The notes: generated by a model not told the origin, from the sequence alone. Numbered from the stretch's first letter, positions 1 through 7,159 are shown. The stretch is 13,576 bases of DNA from Candidatus Asgardarchaeum abyssi (GCA_040225955.1 JBECUL010000053.1:1-13576); one strand, 5' to 3'. Numbers and translations: made by a program.

Positions 1-174
1 CAGCGGATGTCCGCATTGGTGAGCGAACATCCACCTTGGGCCTCATCAGCCTCAGCTCCCTCTGGGTTCATGGGGAGTAAGTCATTGGTCTTGACCCCGT
101 TCAGGGTAACCCCACAAGCCCCACATCACATTGCCCCTTTCGGTGCTTTATTGCCACCACATTCGGACACCGCC
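1..174 (-). ncRNA. Putative structured ncRNA resembling archaeal TnpB-associated (omega/sot) RNA; may extend past the window edge
   Basis: GC-rich island in AT-rich DNA. The ends are complementary (173-155 GCGGTGTCCGAATGTGGTG vs 21-3 CACCAATGCGGACATCCGC). There is a GAAA-tetraloop hairpin GCACC-GAAA-GGGGC (146-133) and a TGGGGTTACCCTGAA motif (114-100) that I recall from archaeal tnpB 3' tails. A TATA-like box lies 25 nt upstream. Confidence 0.55.
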
Positions 175-198
175 TTAATACTCACAAATACTCATAAA

Positions 199-214
199 AT
201 ATTTAACTGTTTCA
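199..214 (-). promoter_or_regulatory. Candidate BRE/TATA (TGAAACAG-TTAAATAT) for the minus-strand RNA
   Basis: Archaeal TATA-like box at 206-199, about 25 nt upstream of the first G of the terminal stem (174). It overlaps the start of the HTH remnant, so it may be coincidental. Confidence 0.35.
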
Positions 215-274
215 GAAGGCGAGGTTGCCGGGATTCCTGGCGCTGATAGACACGCTGCGAATAAGTGGATTATG

Positions 275-304
275 GAAAGCTTTATCAAAAGTGATAAAGC
301 TTTC
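275..304. repeat. Perfect 13-bp inverted repeat with 4-nt loop
   Basis: GAAAGCTTTATCA (275-287) AAAG TGATAAAGCTTTC (292-304). Confidence 0.9.
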
Positions 305-343
305 AAGCGGAAGATATAAAATACCTGAGAGGTGAGAGGATAC

Positions 344-484
344 TTGAGGGCAGAAGCGATTAAAGCATATAAGATTCCCATCAAACCTCTAATGGATTTA
401 ATCGATGCATATTTCAAGATCAAGAGCATCGTGCTGGAGGAAATACTGAGTCACGTTAAGTACTCCAAGAGCGATAAAGCCTAA
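344..484 (+). pseudogene. tnpB: Truncated N-terminal fragment of an archaeal TnpB (IS200/IS605/IS607 accessory nuclease)
   Basis: TTG start at 344 after a GAGGTGA RBS (329-335). Reads MRAEAIKAYKIPIKPLMDLIDAYFKIKSIVLEEILSHVKYSKSDKA*, resembling archaeal TnpB N-termini as I recall them. It overlaps the HTH gene end and stops after 46 aa, with no RuvC or zinc finger. Confidence 0.6.
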
Positions 485-503
485 AGAAACTGTTCTTTTT
501 GGT

Positions 504-518
504 GAGAATCTTTAAATA
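504..518 (+). promoter_or_regulatory. Candidate BRE/TATA (GAGAATC-TTTAAATA) upstream of the small structured element
   Basis: Consensus TTTAAATA at 511-518 would place a start site at about 534-540, where the GC-rich fold begins. Confidence 0.4.
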
Positions 519-533
519 TTTTTATGAATAAAT

Positions 534-605
534 ATGAGAGGCTCTGGGGTTACCCCGAAGGCCCTATTAGGGGCGTCAGCCTCGATGATAGAGAAACGTT
601 GGTAG
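534..605 (+). ncRNA. Putative small K-turn-containing omegaRNA-like RNA
   Basis: Stem GAGGCT (538-543)/AGCCTC (578-583) encloses hairpins GGGG-TTA-CCCC (546-556) and GCCCT-ATTA-GGGGC (561-574). It is flanked by ATGA (534-537) and GAT-GAT (584-589), which gives kink-turn geometry. It shares 14/15 nt with the motif at 114-100. Confidence 0.5.
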
Positions 606-613
606 ATAAAAAT

Positions 614-2137
614 TCACATATTTCTATGAAGTTCTATCAACTGTGAACCCCAGAAAGTAATAGCATCCCTGTAAAGGCTGTAATATGGATGACTTTCAAG
701 AAGAATATGTAGTGTTTTTAACTGCCCTACTGGTTTCCCAATATTATACATATAATTATCTATTTTTTCAAAGAAGGCGTTATTAACAACCACCATTTTT
801 GGTTTCAGAAGGATCTTTGATGCTCTTACTAATTTATATACTTCATTCAAGTCTTTTAGTTTCTCATCAAAATCGTTAATAAACATCCCAATATCATTCG
901 GCTTTCTCATAAATGATACATAGATATGATATACTCCAAGACCGCCCTCTACCATGGGTATAACTAAGTACCGATTTAGTACGCAGTTGTTTCTTTTACA
1001 AGCATATACTATTGCTGCATTTATTTCATCTTCTGTAACTTTTTCAGTAGCCAAGTTTATAACTTGCTTGGCCCTGCCTTTTACTTTTATCACTGGCGGA
1101 TCTAGAGATACAAATTCTATTACATCACCTACGTTATAGCTATAAAGACCACTATATGTAGTTACATGCATAACATATGGCACACCCTTCTTAACATCAT
1201 AAAGTGTAAATCTTTCCGGACATTCTTTATTGATGTCATCAAGCTTGACAAACTCATAGAATATTGACTCAACAAACAAAAGCATAGAGTCCTTATATTC
1301 ACTATGTATCTCTGCTCCATAAAAGCCTTCACTTCCTATATAGCTACCCAGATACTGAACACTTCCAATGTTCTCTTCAAACCACTTTTTATATGGTGAA
1401 ATTGAGACACCACTCCAAAATATGACTTCTATATTCTCTCTTATTCTCTTTAATAACCCTTTTTCAGATGCCCTCTGTAATAGGCTAATTAAGAATGGTG
1501 TTACGCCTATAGCAATTGTTATCTTTTTTCTTCTTATGGCTCTAAGTGTTAATTCGTATTTGAGCTCAGTATTTTCCATGTTTATAACATCAGTTGAGGG
1601 AACAAAGAACCTTCGAATGAATTTATTCTGTGTTGTTGCAAGAACCCCACTCATATAACCGACAGGTACCCCATTTATTTCATCAAGTTTTGCTGAAGCA
1701 GTAAAAAGCAAAAATTTGCCCCTTAGAATTTTAGGGTTTTCGCCAATTAAGTAATAAAATATTTTTTTCACAGCTCGCCTATCTATAGAAAGTCTTTTTT
1801 CACTCAGAGGATAAAGTTTCGATGCGCCAGTAGTTCCAGTACTTTTTACCCACCACTTTAAAGGATAATTAAAAAGAATTCGATGGTTTCCATTTATTAT
1901 TTCTTCAATGTACGGTTTCAGTTGCCCATAACTAAGGAGGGGAACGTTTTCCTTATAGTCCTCTACATTGCATATATTTTTGAAGTTATGTTGCTTACCA
2001 AATTTTGTGTCTCTATTCTCGTTAATTATTCCTCTTAAAACATCTTCTTGAGCTTTAATAGCCTCTTCATATGTTTTTATGGTTCTGAATTTTTGTAGTA
2101 GTTTAAATACTTTAGATGTTATACTTATTATTGCCAT
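614..2137 (-). CDS. GH3 auxin-responsive promoter family protein (acyl-acid amido synthetase fold, ANL superfamily)
   Basis: 507 aa with GH3 hallmarks: QEDVLRGII..NRDTKFGKQHNF, VPLLSY, STGTTGASK (phosphate-binding loop), YIGSEGFYG, FYEFV, GLYSYNVGDVIEF, KGRAK, EKVTE. RBS GGGGGTGAGG lies upstream. Confidence 0.92.
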   Translation of the reverse strand: MAIISITSKVFKLLQKFRTIKTYEEAIKAQEDVLRGIINENRDTKFGKQHNFKNICNVEDYKENVPLLSYGQLKPYIEEIINGNHRILFNYPLKWWVKSTGTTGASKLYPLSEKRLSIDRRAVKKIFYYLIGENPKILRGKFLLFTASAKLDEINGVPVGYMSGVLATTQNKFIRRFFVPSTDVINMENTELKYELTLRAIRRKKITIAIGVTPFLISLLQRASEKGLLKRIRENIEVIFWSGVSISPYKKWFEENIGSVQYLGSYIGSEGFYGAEIHSEYKDSMLLFVESIFYEFVKLDDINKECPERFTLYDVKKGVPYVMHVTTYSGLYSYNVGDVIEFVSLDPPVIKVKGRAKQVINLATEKVTEDEINAAIVYACKRNNCVLNRYLVIPMVEGGLGVYHIYVSFMRKPNDIGMFINDFDEKLKDLNEVYKLVRASKILLKPKMVVVNNAFFEKIDNYMYNIGKPVGQLKTLHILLESHPYYSLYRDAITFWGSQLIELHRNM

Positions 2138-2160
2138 ACATATCCCTCACCCCCGCCTTT

Positions 2161-2190
2161 GATTTAAAAGTTAATTTTTAAATCTTTCGT
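2161..2190 (-). promoter_or_regulatory. Candidate GH3 promoter (CGAAAGA-TTTAAAAA) embedded in a 24-bp near-perfect palindrome
   Basis: GATTTAAAAGTTAATTTTTAAATC (2161-2184) is self-complementary except for one pair. The minus strand reads as BRE + TATA about 40 nt before the ATG. Confidence 0.45.
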
Positions 2191-2267
2191 GTGACCATAA
2201 AAATAACCAAAAAGTAAATCAATAAAATTAGATTATTGTAGTTCTGAGAGTCAATTAAGTGATATTT

Positions 2268-3959
2268 ATGTCAACACGGCTTATGGAATTGGCTAAACTT
2301 TGCAACCAGCTGGAAAAGACAACTAAGCGAAAGATATTAATCAATTTACTAATTGATTTCTTTAAGAAATTAAGTTATGAGGATTTGAAAATAACAGTTT
2401 CGCTTCTTTCTGGAGAGTATAGACATCTATTAGAAAGCCCTTTAGAAGTCTCGTGGGGTATTTTCTTTAGAGCTATTCAAAATGTTGTAAGCTTCTCGAG
2501 AGAAGAGTTTATTGAACTATTTGATAAAAGCGGAGACATAGGAATTGTGATTTATGAATTATTTAAGCGGCATAAAGTAGCCAGGCAGATGACGCTTTTA
2601 TCTTTTACTGCAGATGTTACTATAAAGGAATTATTTGATCTTATTCGAATGCTTGCAAGATATGAAGGGACCAAGAGTCAAAGGAAAAGAGAAGAACTCA
2701 TTGCATCTTTCTTTAGCAGACTTTCACCCGATGAGGCAAAATGTGCTACAAAAATACTTTTAGGCGAGCTACGTGTGGGAGTTAGCATCGGTCTATTAGA
2801 GGAAGCAATTGCATCATTTTATGCTGTTCCAGTAGAGAAGATAAAACATGCCCACATGGTGCTTGGTTTGCTTTCTGAGGTTATCGATGTCATTGAAAAA
2901 TATGGCCCTGAATACTTAGATAAAGTTAAGCCCAAATATTTTAGACCATTACGTGTTATGTTAGCTGATACTGCTAAAACTACACACGAAATTGTCGAAC
3001 GTCATGGTGGTTTAGTGGCAACTGAATACAAGTTGGATGGTATTCGCGTACAAATTCATAAACGAGGTAATATTGTAAAAGTCTTTACCAGAAGGCTAAA
3101 AGAGATTACAGAAAATGTACCCGAGATTGTGGATTTTGCATTAAAGATTTCGCTTGATTTCATTGCAGAAGGAGAATTAATAGGAATTAGTCCTAGTGGC
3201 CAACCTCTTCCATTTCAAGATTTGATGAAAAGATTCAAACGAACACCAGAAACTATGCGTGAAGCCATGAAAATACCTATTAAACTTTACTTGTTTGATC
3301 TTATTTCTTTGGGGGAAGATACCCTCCTTGATAAGCCATATCTTATTAGGCATATCAAATTGTTAGAAACCTTTCCCAAGGATGTTATAATCCCACATAT
3401 TCTAACTAATGATCCTAGCACAATAGATGACTTTTTCAAAGAATCTATAGAAGGGGGGCATGAGGGACTTGTAGTTAAAAGGCTTGATAGTATTTATACG
3501 CCAGGGATTCGCGGAAAAAATTGGCTTAAGTATAAATATACTCACGAGACGCTTGATGTAGTAATTGTAGCAGCTGAGTATGGATATGGAAGAAGGCATA
3601 AATGGTTAAGTGATTACTATCTAGCTGTTAGAGATCCGCAGAGCAATGAACTTTTAGTTATTGGGAAAACATTTAAGGGACTTACTGATGAGGAATTTGA
3701 GGAAATAACAAAGAAATTGGAGTCTATCGCAATTAAGAAAATCGGAAGAAAAGTCATTGTTAAGCCGGAGATTGTTTTAGAGGTTGAATTTAATGAAATT
3801 CAAAAATCTCCAAAATATAAGTCTGGTTTTGCTTTAAGATTCGCAAGAGTAAAGCGAATAAGATATGATAAGGATGTAAGTGAAATTGATACTATAGACA
3901 AGGTTAGGAAGTTATATGAGCTACAATTTAGATATAAAGGGATTTTATCAAATATCTAA
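2268..3959 (+). CDS. lig: Archaeal ATP-dependent DNA ligase (probable start ATG 2268; ORF opens at GTG 2259)
   Basis: N-terminal DNA-binding domain (GDIG, LRVGV) and motifs I EYKLDGIR, III EGELI, IIIa YLFDL, IV EGLVVK, V WLKYK, VI ALRFARVKRIRYDK. Confidence 0.97.
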   Translation: MSTRLMELAKLCNQLEKTTKRKILINLLIDFFKKLSYEDLKITVSLLSGEYRHLLESPLEVSWGIFFRAIQNVVSFSREEFIELFDKSGDIGIVIYELFKRHKVARQMTLLSFTADVTIKELFDLIRMLARYEGTKSQRKREELIASFFSRLSPDEAKCATKILLGELRVGVSIGLLEEAIASFYAVPVEKIKHAHMVLGLLSEVIDVIEKYGPEYLDKVKPKYFRPLRVMLADTAKTTHEIVERHGGLVATEYKLDGIRVQIHKRGNIVKVFTRRLKEITENVPEIVDFALKISLDFIAEGELIGISPSGQPLPFQDLMKRFKRTPETMREAMKIPIKLYLFDLISLGEDTLLDKPYLIRHIKLLETFPKDVIIPHILTNDPSTIDDFFKESIEGGHEGLVVKRLDSIYTPGIRGKNWLKYKYTHETLDVVIVAAEYGYGRRHKWLSDYYLAVRDPQSNELLVIGKTFKGLTDEEFEEITKKLESIAIKKIGRKVIVKPEIVLEVEFNEIQKSPKYKSGFALRFARVKRIRYDKDVSEIDTIDKVRKLYELQFRYKGILSNI

Positions 3960-4657
3960 TCCATTTCTGGCTCTAAGAAGTGTAATAATGTTAATAATAA
4001 TGTTAGAAAATTATCTACGTTTTTTCCAGTAATAGCAATAGTTTTAAAAACAGGTACACGTTCGGTCGATAAAACGATATCTACAATATCGTCATCTTTT
4101 ATATCAAAGTTCTTACCTCTTAACTTGTTAGGATACTCTATTACACCATCCACATTTACAACTATTGACGGACGGATGCCTAATTCTCTAAGAATAGTAT
4201 TATGTGACGCTGTACCAGGTAAATCCATTTTGTTAATTACTATTATTTTAGGCAATTCAAAAAGTCTCTTTCCAATAGTTTCAATTGTCTCTAATTCCTC
4301 CCAATAGTAAGCATTCATTTTATAACTTAATCTAATATCCTCTGCCTTATCGGGTCTTTGACTGTTGCACATAAATACAATAAATTCGGGAACTATCGTC
4401 GACAGCACATTTCTTCTATTTGTTGATAACCAATCTTGCCCCCCATAAGCATAAAAAATATGTTCATATTCGTTATCTCTCATTCTAAGTGGACCTATAA
4501 AAAGTCTATCAAGAAATCGCGTTCTGCCGAATATAGGTTCTCTATCGTCAATTAACTTAGATTTACTTATAATTTCAGAGATTCTCATCAAGATTGTTGT
4601 CTTTCCAACATAGGGAGGCCCTGCAAAGAGTGTTGTTGTTACTCTTTTTAATGTCAT
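3956..4657 (-). CDS. Small Ras-superfamily GTPase, MglA-like
   Basis: G1 GPPYVGKTT, G2 GRTRFLD (MglA has DRTLFFD), G3 YAYGGQ lacking the DxxG Asp (MglA has YTVPGQ), G4 NKMD, G5 TIAITGKNV. It starts 11 nt downstream of the roadblock gene, and its stop overlaps the ligase stop by 4 nt. Confidence 0.88.
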   Translation of the reverse strand: MTLKRVTTTLFAGPPYVGKTTILMRISEIISKSKLIDDREPIFGRTRFLDRLFIGPLRMRDNEYEHIFYAYGGQDWLSTNRRNVLSTIVPEFIVFMCNSQRPDKAEDIRLSYKMNAYYWEELETIETIGKRLFELPKIIVINKMDLPGTASHNTILRELGIRPSIVVNVDGVIEYPNKLRGKNFDIKDDDIVDIVLSTERVPVFKTIAITGKNVDNFLTLLLTLLHFLEPEMD

Positions 4658-4668
4658 TGTGTCACAAC

Positions 4669-5190
4669 CTACTTTTTCTTTTTCGCTAGCCGCTCAATAA
4701 AACCTGCAATTTCCTTCCATCTCTTCCTCTCTTCTGGGGTTAACCAAGTAAGCTTTTCTGTTCTATCAAAAAATTCTGCAGCTCTTTCAGCCGTTTTCTC
4801 AAGAATATCATGAATCTGTTTTAGTATATTTTTTGCAACTACTCTTATGACAGCCATATTAGTTTCTGGAGAACAAAAAATAGCTATATACGCCCTCCCA
4901 CCTTCTTCAGAGCTAATGTATGTTTTTACGTCCTTACCCTCTATAATAATATTATCAATATAGGGAGTGCCTAATTCTTGATAAACTTTTGCACCTTCAA
5001 CGTATACACCAAGTACTGTATTGCTTAATGCCAACTCAGCCTCTTCTTTGATATTCCCAGATGAACAAATAGGCAAACCGGTCTCATCTACCACAACAAC
5101 ACCAAGAATTCCTTCCTCTTCAAAAAGCGAGTTAACTAAATCCTTTATACTTTTTGTCTGTTCAGGGGTAAGTGTACGTCCCTCAGCCAT
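4669..5190 (-). CDS. Roadblock/LC7 (MglB-like) protein with C-terminal helical extension (probable start ATG 5190)
   Basis: Roadblock pattern: helix, GILGVVVVDETGLPICS, helix, NIIIEGKDVKTYI, YIAIFCSPETNMAVIRVVAK. GGTGGT RBS precedes the ATG, and the gene is co-oriented with the GTPase. Confidence 0.88.
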   Translation of the reverse strand: MAEGRTLTPEQTKSIKDLVNSLFEEEGILGVVVVDETGLPICSSGNIKEEAELALSNTVLGVYVEGAKVYQELGTPYIDNIIIEGKDVKTYISSEEGGRAYIAIFCSPETNMAVIRVVAKNILKQIHDILEKTAERAAEFFDRTEKLTWLTPEERKRWKEIAGFIERLAKKKK

Positions 5191-5316
5191 TAAACCACCA
5201 TCTCTCCAAAGCAAATTTTATTTTTGATATAAAAATTATTGTTTTATGTAAGTCATATTCTCAATAAGTTAATAAATATTCGTAATATAATTATTTTTAG
5301 TCACTTGGTGCTAATT

Positions 5317-6906
5317 ATGATTTCAAGACTAAGAGAAATATTTGGAGACTGTTTAGAGGACATAGTTTCGGCTTTAATGATACGTTATCCAGTAGTACTA
5401 ATTGGTAATTTAACTGAAAGCACATTTATGAATCTAATAAGTATAGCATCTCCTCACAGATTCTTTTTAAACGCAACAAATATCTCTGAAGATGAGATAA
5501 GAGCTTTGTTTGATTCCGAAGCCACTGAAAAAAGTAAACGTGTTATACTTCACTTTTCACAAGTTATGCCTGACTTTATTCATAAAATCCCATTTGGTTG
5601 GGTCTGCACTATAGAGCATTTCAGTAAGGGGTATAAGCTACTGAATGCTCTGATTTACGATTTATCAAATAAAAAACTTTTAAAAACAAAGAACTTTGAG
5701 ACTGCCTTTAGAAATAGTGTCTCTCTTTACTTAAAAAAGCTTGAAATATTCGAACACATTTATGGAGCTGCTGAAACTAGAACATTTGCAAATGTCATCA
5801 TAACGTCTCTACTAAGTCAGATAGAGATCCTAATTAATCTTTTATATCCAAAATTAAAATCAGGAATCCATTTATCTGAGGATGAATATATTAACCTTCT
5901 AAATGATATATTTACGTATCCAGAATTCATACCTATTGCCTTTAAGATATACTCATCAGATTATCATATAGATCTAGGAGATATTTACGTTAGCTTCCAA
6001 GAGATTTGTAATAAAAGATTAATTGAGAGAGAGAAAATTGTTATAAAGCCTGATTTTCTTACCTTAAAAACAATTTTTGGGAGAGAGATTCTGGATTATT
6101 TATTGAGTTTTGCGCTTATCGGCATCCCTATTGTAATATTAACAGACGACTTAGATATTGTTGATAAATTAATAAACGCACTACAATATATACTTCCAAA
6201 TCGTAAAATAATTTTACAAAAAGAAACGGCAGAAATACCCCACATATCAGAACCACATCTTGCAATATATGTAGACCCTCCAGTGCTTCCTCAAAAGGAG
6301 TTTGACATGATAATCATTACAGAAAGGAGAAAGATTTTTGAGGAAATATCTGATTTTGAATTTTATTTAGCTATTGATTTATTTTCAAATAAGTATAATT
6401 GCTCTATGGATATCCCACCAGTTTTTTCAGATGCGCTGGAATTTAACATTGAAGAACTTATGGAAGAGGCTATTAGAGAAAAAGTCCGAAAATTGATGAT
6501 GCAGATAGATCTTATACTAGGAATTACAAGAGATAAAACAATTATACATGCAATGTACAGTTCTTCGATATCTCATCTCTTGATGGAGGATAAATTATTT
6601 TTAGCTGGCCTATTACGAGCTGAAAGACCAAATGATAAATTCTTTGAACAACTTTTCAGACTGTTTATATCAATAGTATGGCCTCATATACCATACAGAA
6701 TAAAAGTAAAAATGCCCTTTTCTATAAGTAGGATCAATAAATTAGTTAAAGAGGCAAAATCAAAGAGGCATGTGCTTCGTATCTTTGCTTTATCTTCAGC
6801 CATGTTAAGTGAGATTTTATATCTTGACGAAGTAATCCTATTTAGGAATCTTGTAGAAATAGAGAAGTTGCTCAGAAGGGGGATTATAGAGATTGAGCTC
6901 ATCTAA
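5317..6906 (+). CDS. Protein with two tandem DENN/folliculin-C-like cores and a possible degenerate C-terminal wHTH (probable start ATG 5317)
   Basis: Long ORF with GGTG before ATG 5317. Internal repeat: RLREIFGDCLEDIVSALMIRYPVVLIG..LISIASPHR..LIYDLSNK and TLKTIFGREILDYLLSFALIGIPIVILTDDLDIVDKLINALQYILPNR..LAIDLFSNK, matching the cDENN helix-helix-strand-helix-Pro pattern. The CDS is well supported; the domain call is by eye. Confidence 0.65.
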   Translation: MISRLREIFGDCLEDIVSALMIRYPVVLIGNLTESTFMNLISIASPHRFFLNATNISEDEIRALFDSEATEKSKRVILHFSQVMPDFIHKIPFGWVCTIEHFSKGYKLLNALIYDLSNKKLLKTKNFETAFRNSVSLYLKKLEIFEHIYGAAETRTFANVIITSLLSQIEILINLLYPKLKSGIHLSEDEYINLLNDIFTYPEFIPIAFKIYSSDYHIDLGDIYVSFQEICNKRLIEREKIVIKPDFLTLKTIFGREILDYLLSFALIGIPIVILTDDLDIVDKLINALQYILPNRKIILQKETAEIPHISEPHLAIYVDPPVLPQKEFDMIIITERRKIFEEISDFEFYLAIDLFSNKYNCSMDIPPVFSDALEFNIEELMEEAIREKVRKLMMQIDLILGITRDKTIIHAMYSSSISHLLMEDKLFLAGLLRAERPNDKFFEQLFRLFISIVWPHIPYRIKVKMPFSISRINKLVKEAKSKRHVLRIFALSSAMLSEILYLDEVILFRNLVEIEKLLRRGIIEIELI

Positions 6907-7159
6907 TAATGCTTTTTACATTTGGAAGGCTTTAATAGAGAAGGCAATAATAGAAAGCTTACCTAGCATTGAAATTTTTGGGGAACCTTTTAGCATAATC
7001 AATGAAAATACTTTAACCAAGGAGAATAAGATTATTCTCTTTAAAGGTAAAAAGTTAATACTGAGAGACTTAAATAAAAATTATGAGCTCGCTATTGATT
7101 TGAATAGGGCAACAGAAGAAGTTCTATGGAGCACCCTTCTGATTTTTATAAGAAACTGA
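6893..7159 (+). CDS. Small hypothetical protein (88 aa)
   Basis: TTG start overlaps the upstream stop by 14 nt. It fills the otherwise empty gap, has a normal composition, and overlaps the next gene convergently by 36 nt. Confidence 0.55.
   Translation: MSSSNNAFYIWKALIEKAIIESLPSIEIFGEPFSIINENTLTKENKIILFKGKKLILRDLNKNYELAIDLNRATEEVLWSTLLIFIRN

Larger units (their letters stand above)
194..363 (+). pseudogene. Frameshifted excisionase/MerR-like HTH gene (IS607 TnpA N-terminus-like)
   Basis: Joined across frames: KYLTVSEGEVAGIPGADRHAANKWIMESFIK (197-289) / VIKLSSGRYKIPE (291-329) / RILEGRSD* (337-363). This fits the pattern LTvsEvA..lGv...Tv..Wi..G.ikaikl.sGryrIpesev. Two frameshifts, and ATA at 194 instead of ATG. 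Confidence 0.6.
194..605 (+). mobile_element. Decayed, internally deleted TnpB-type insertion sequence remnant
   Basis: Order is HTH remnant, tnpB 5' fragment, then a tnpB-tail-like sequence (534-605 reads MRGSGVTPKALLGASASMIEKRW*). Exact element ends cannot be determined. Confidence 0.5.

Noticed and set aside
25-55. CTGATGAG on the minus strand (49-42) suggesting a hammerhead ribozyme
   Set aside because: No stem II followed by GAAA and no correctly placed cleavage triplet.
1-174. SRP RNA, RNase P RNA, 5S rRNA or tRNA identity for the GC-rich element
   Set aside because: No SRP helix-8 motif, no GAGGAAAGTCC, no cloverleaf or T-loop, and the closed fold is only about 175 nt.
7-429. ORFs 7..246 (+) and 175..429 (-)
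   Set aside because: They overlap the structured RNA and lie out of frame or antisense to the HTH/tnpB remnants, with no recognisable protein features.
2268-4657. Functional link between DNA ligase and the GTPase module
   Set aside because: They are convergent with a 4-nt stop overlap, which is ordinary genome compaction; nothing else supports a link.
5191-5316. Longer TTG-initiated N-termini for the roadblock (5214) and DENN-like (5239) ORFs
   Set aside because: Downstream ATGs at 5190 and 5317 have GGTG-type RBSs, and the extensions would consume the AT-rich divergent promoter region.
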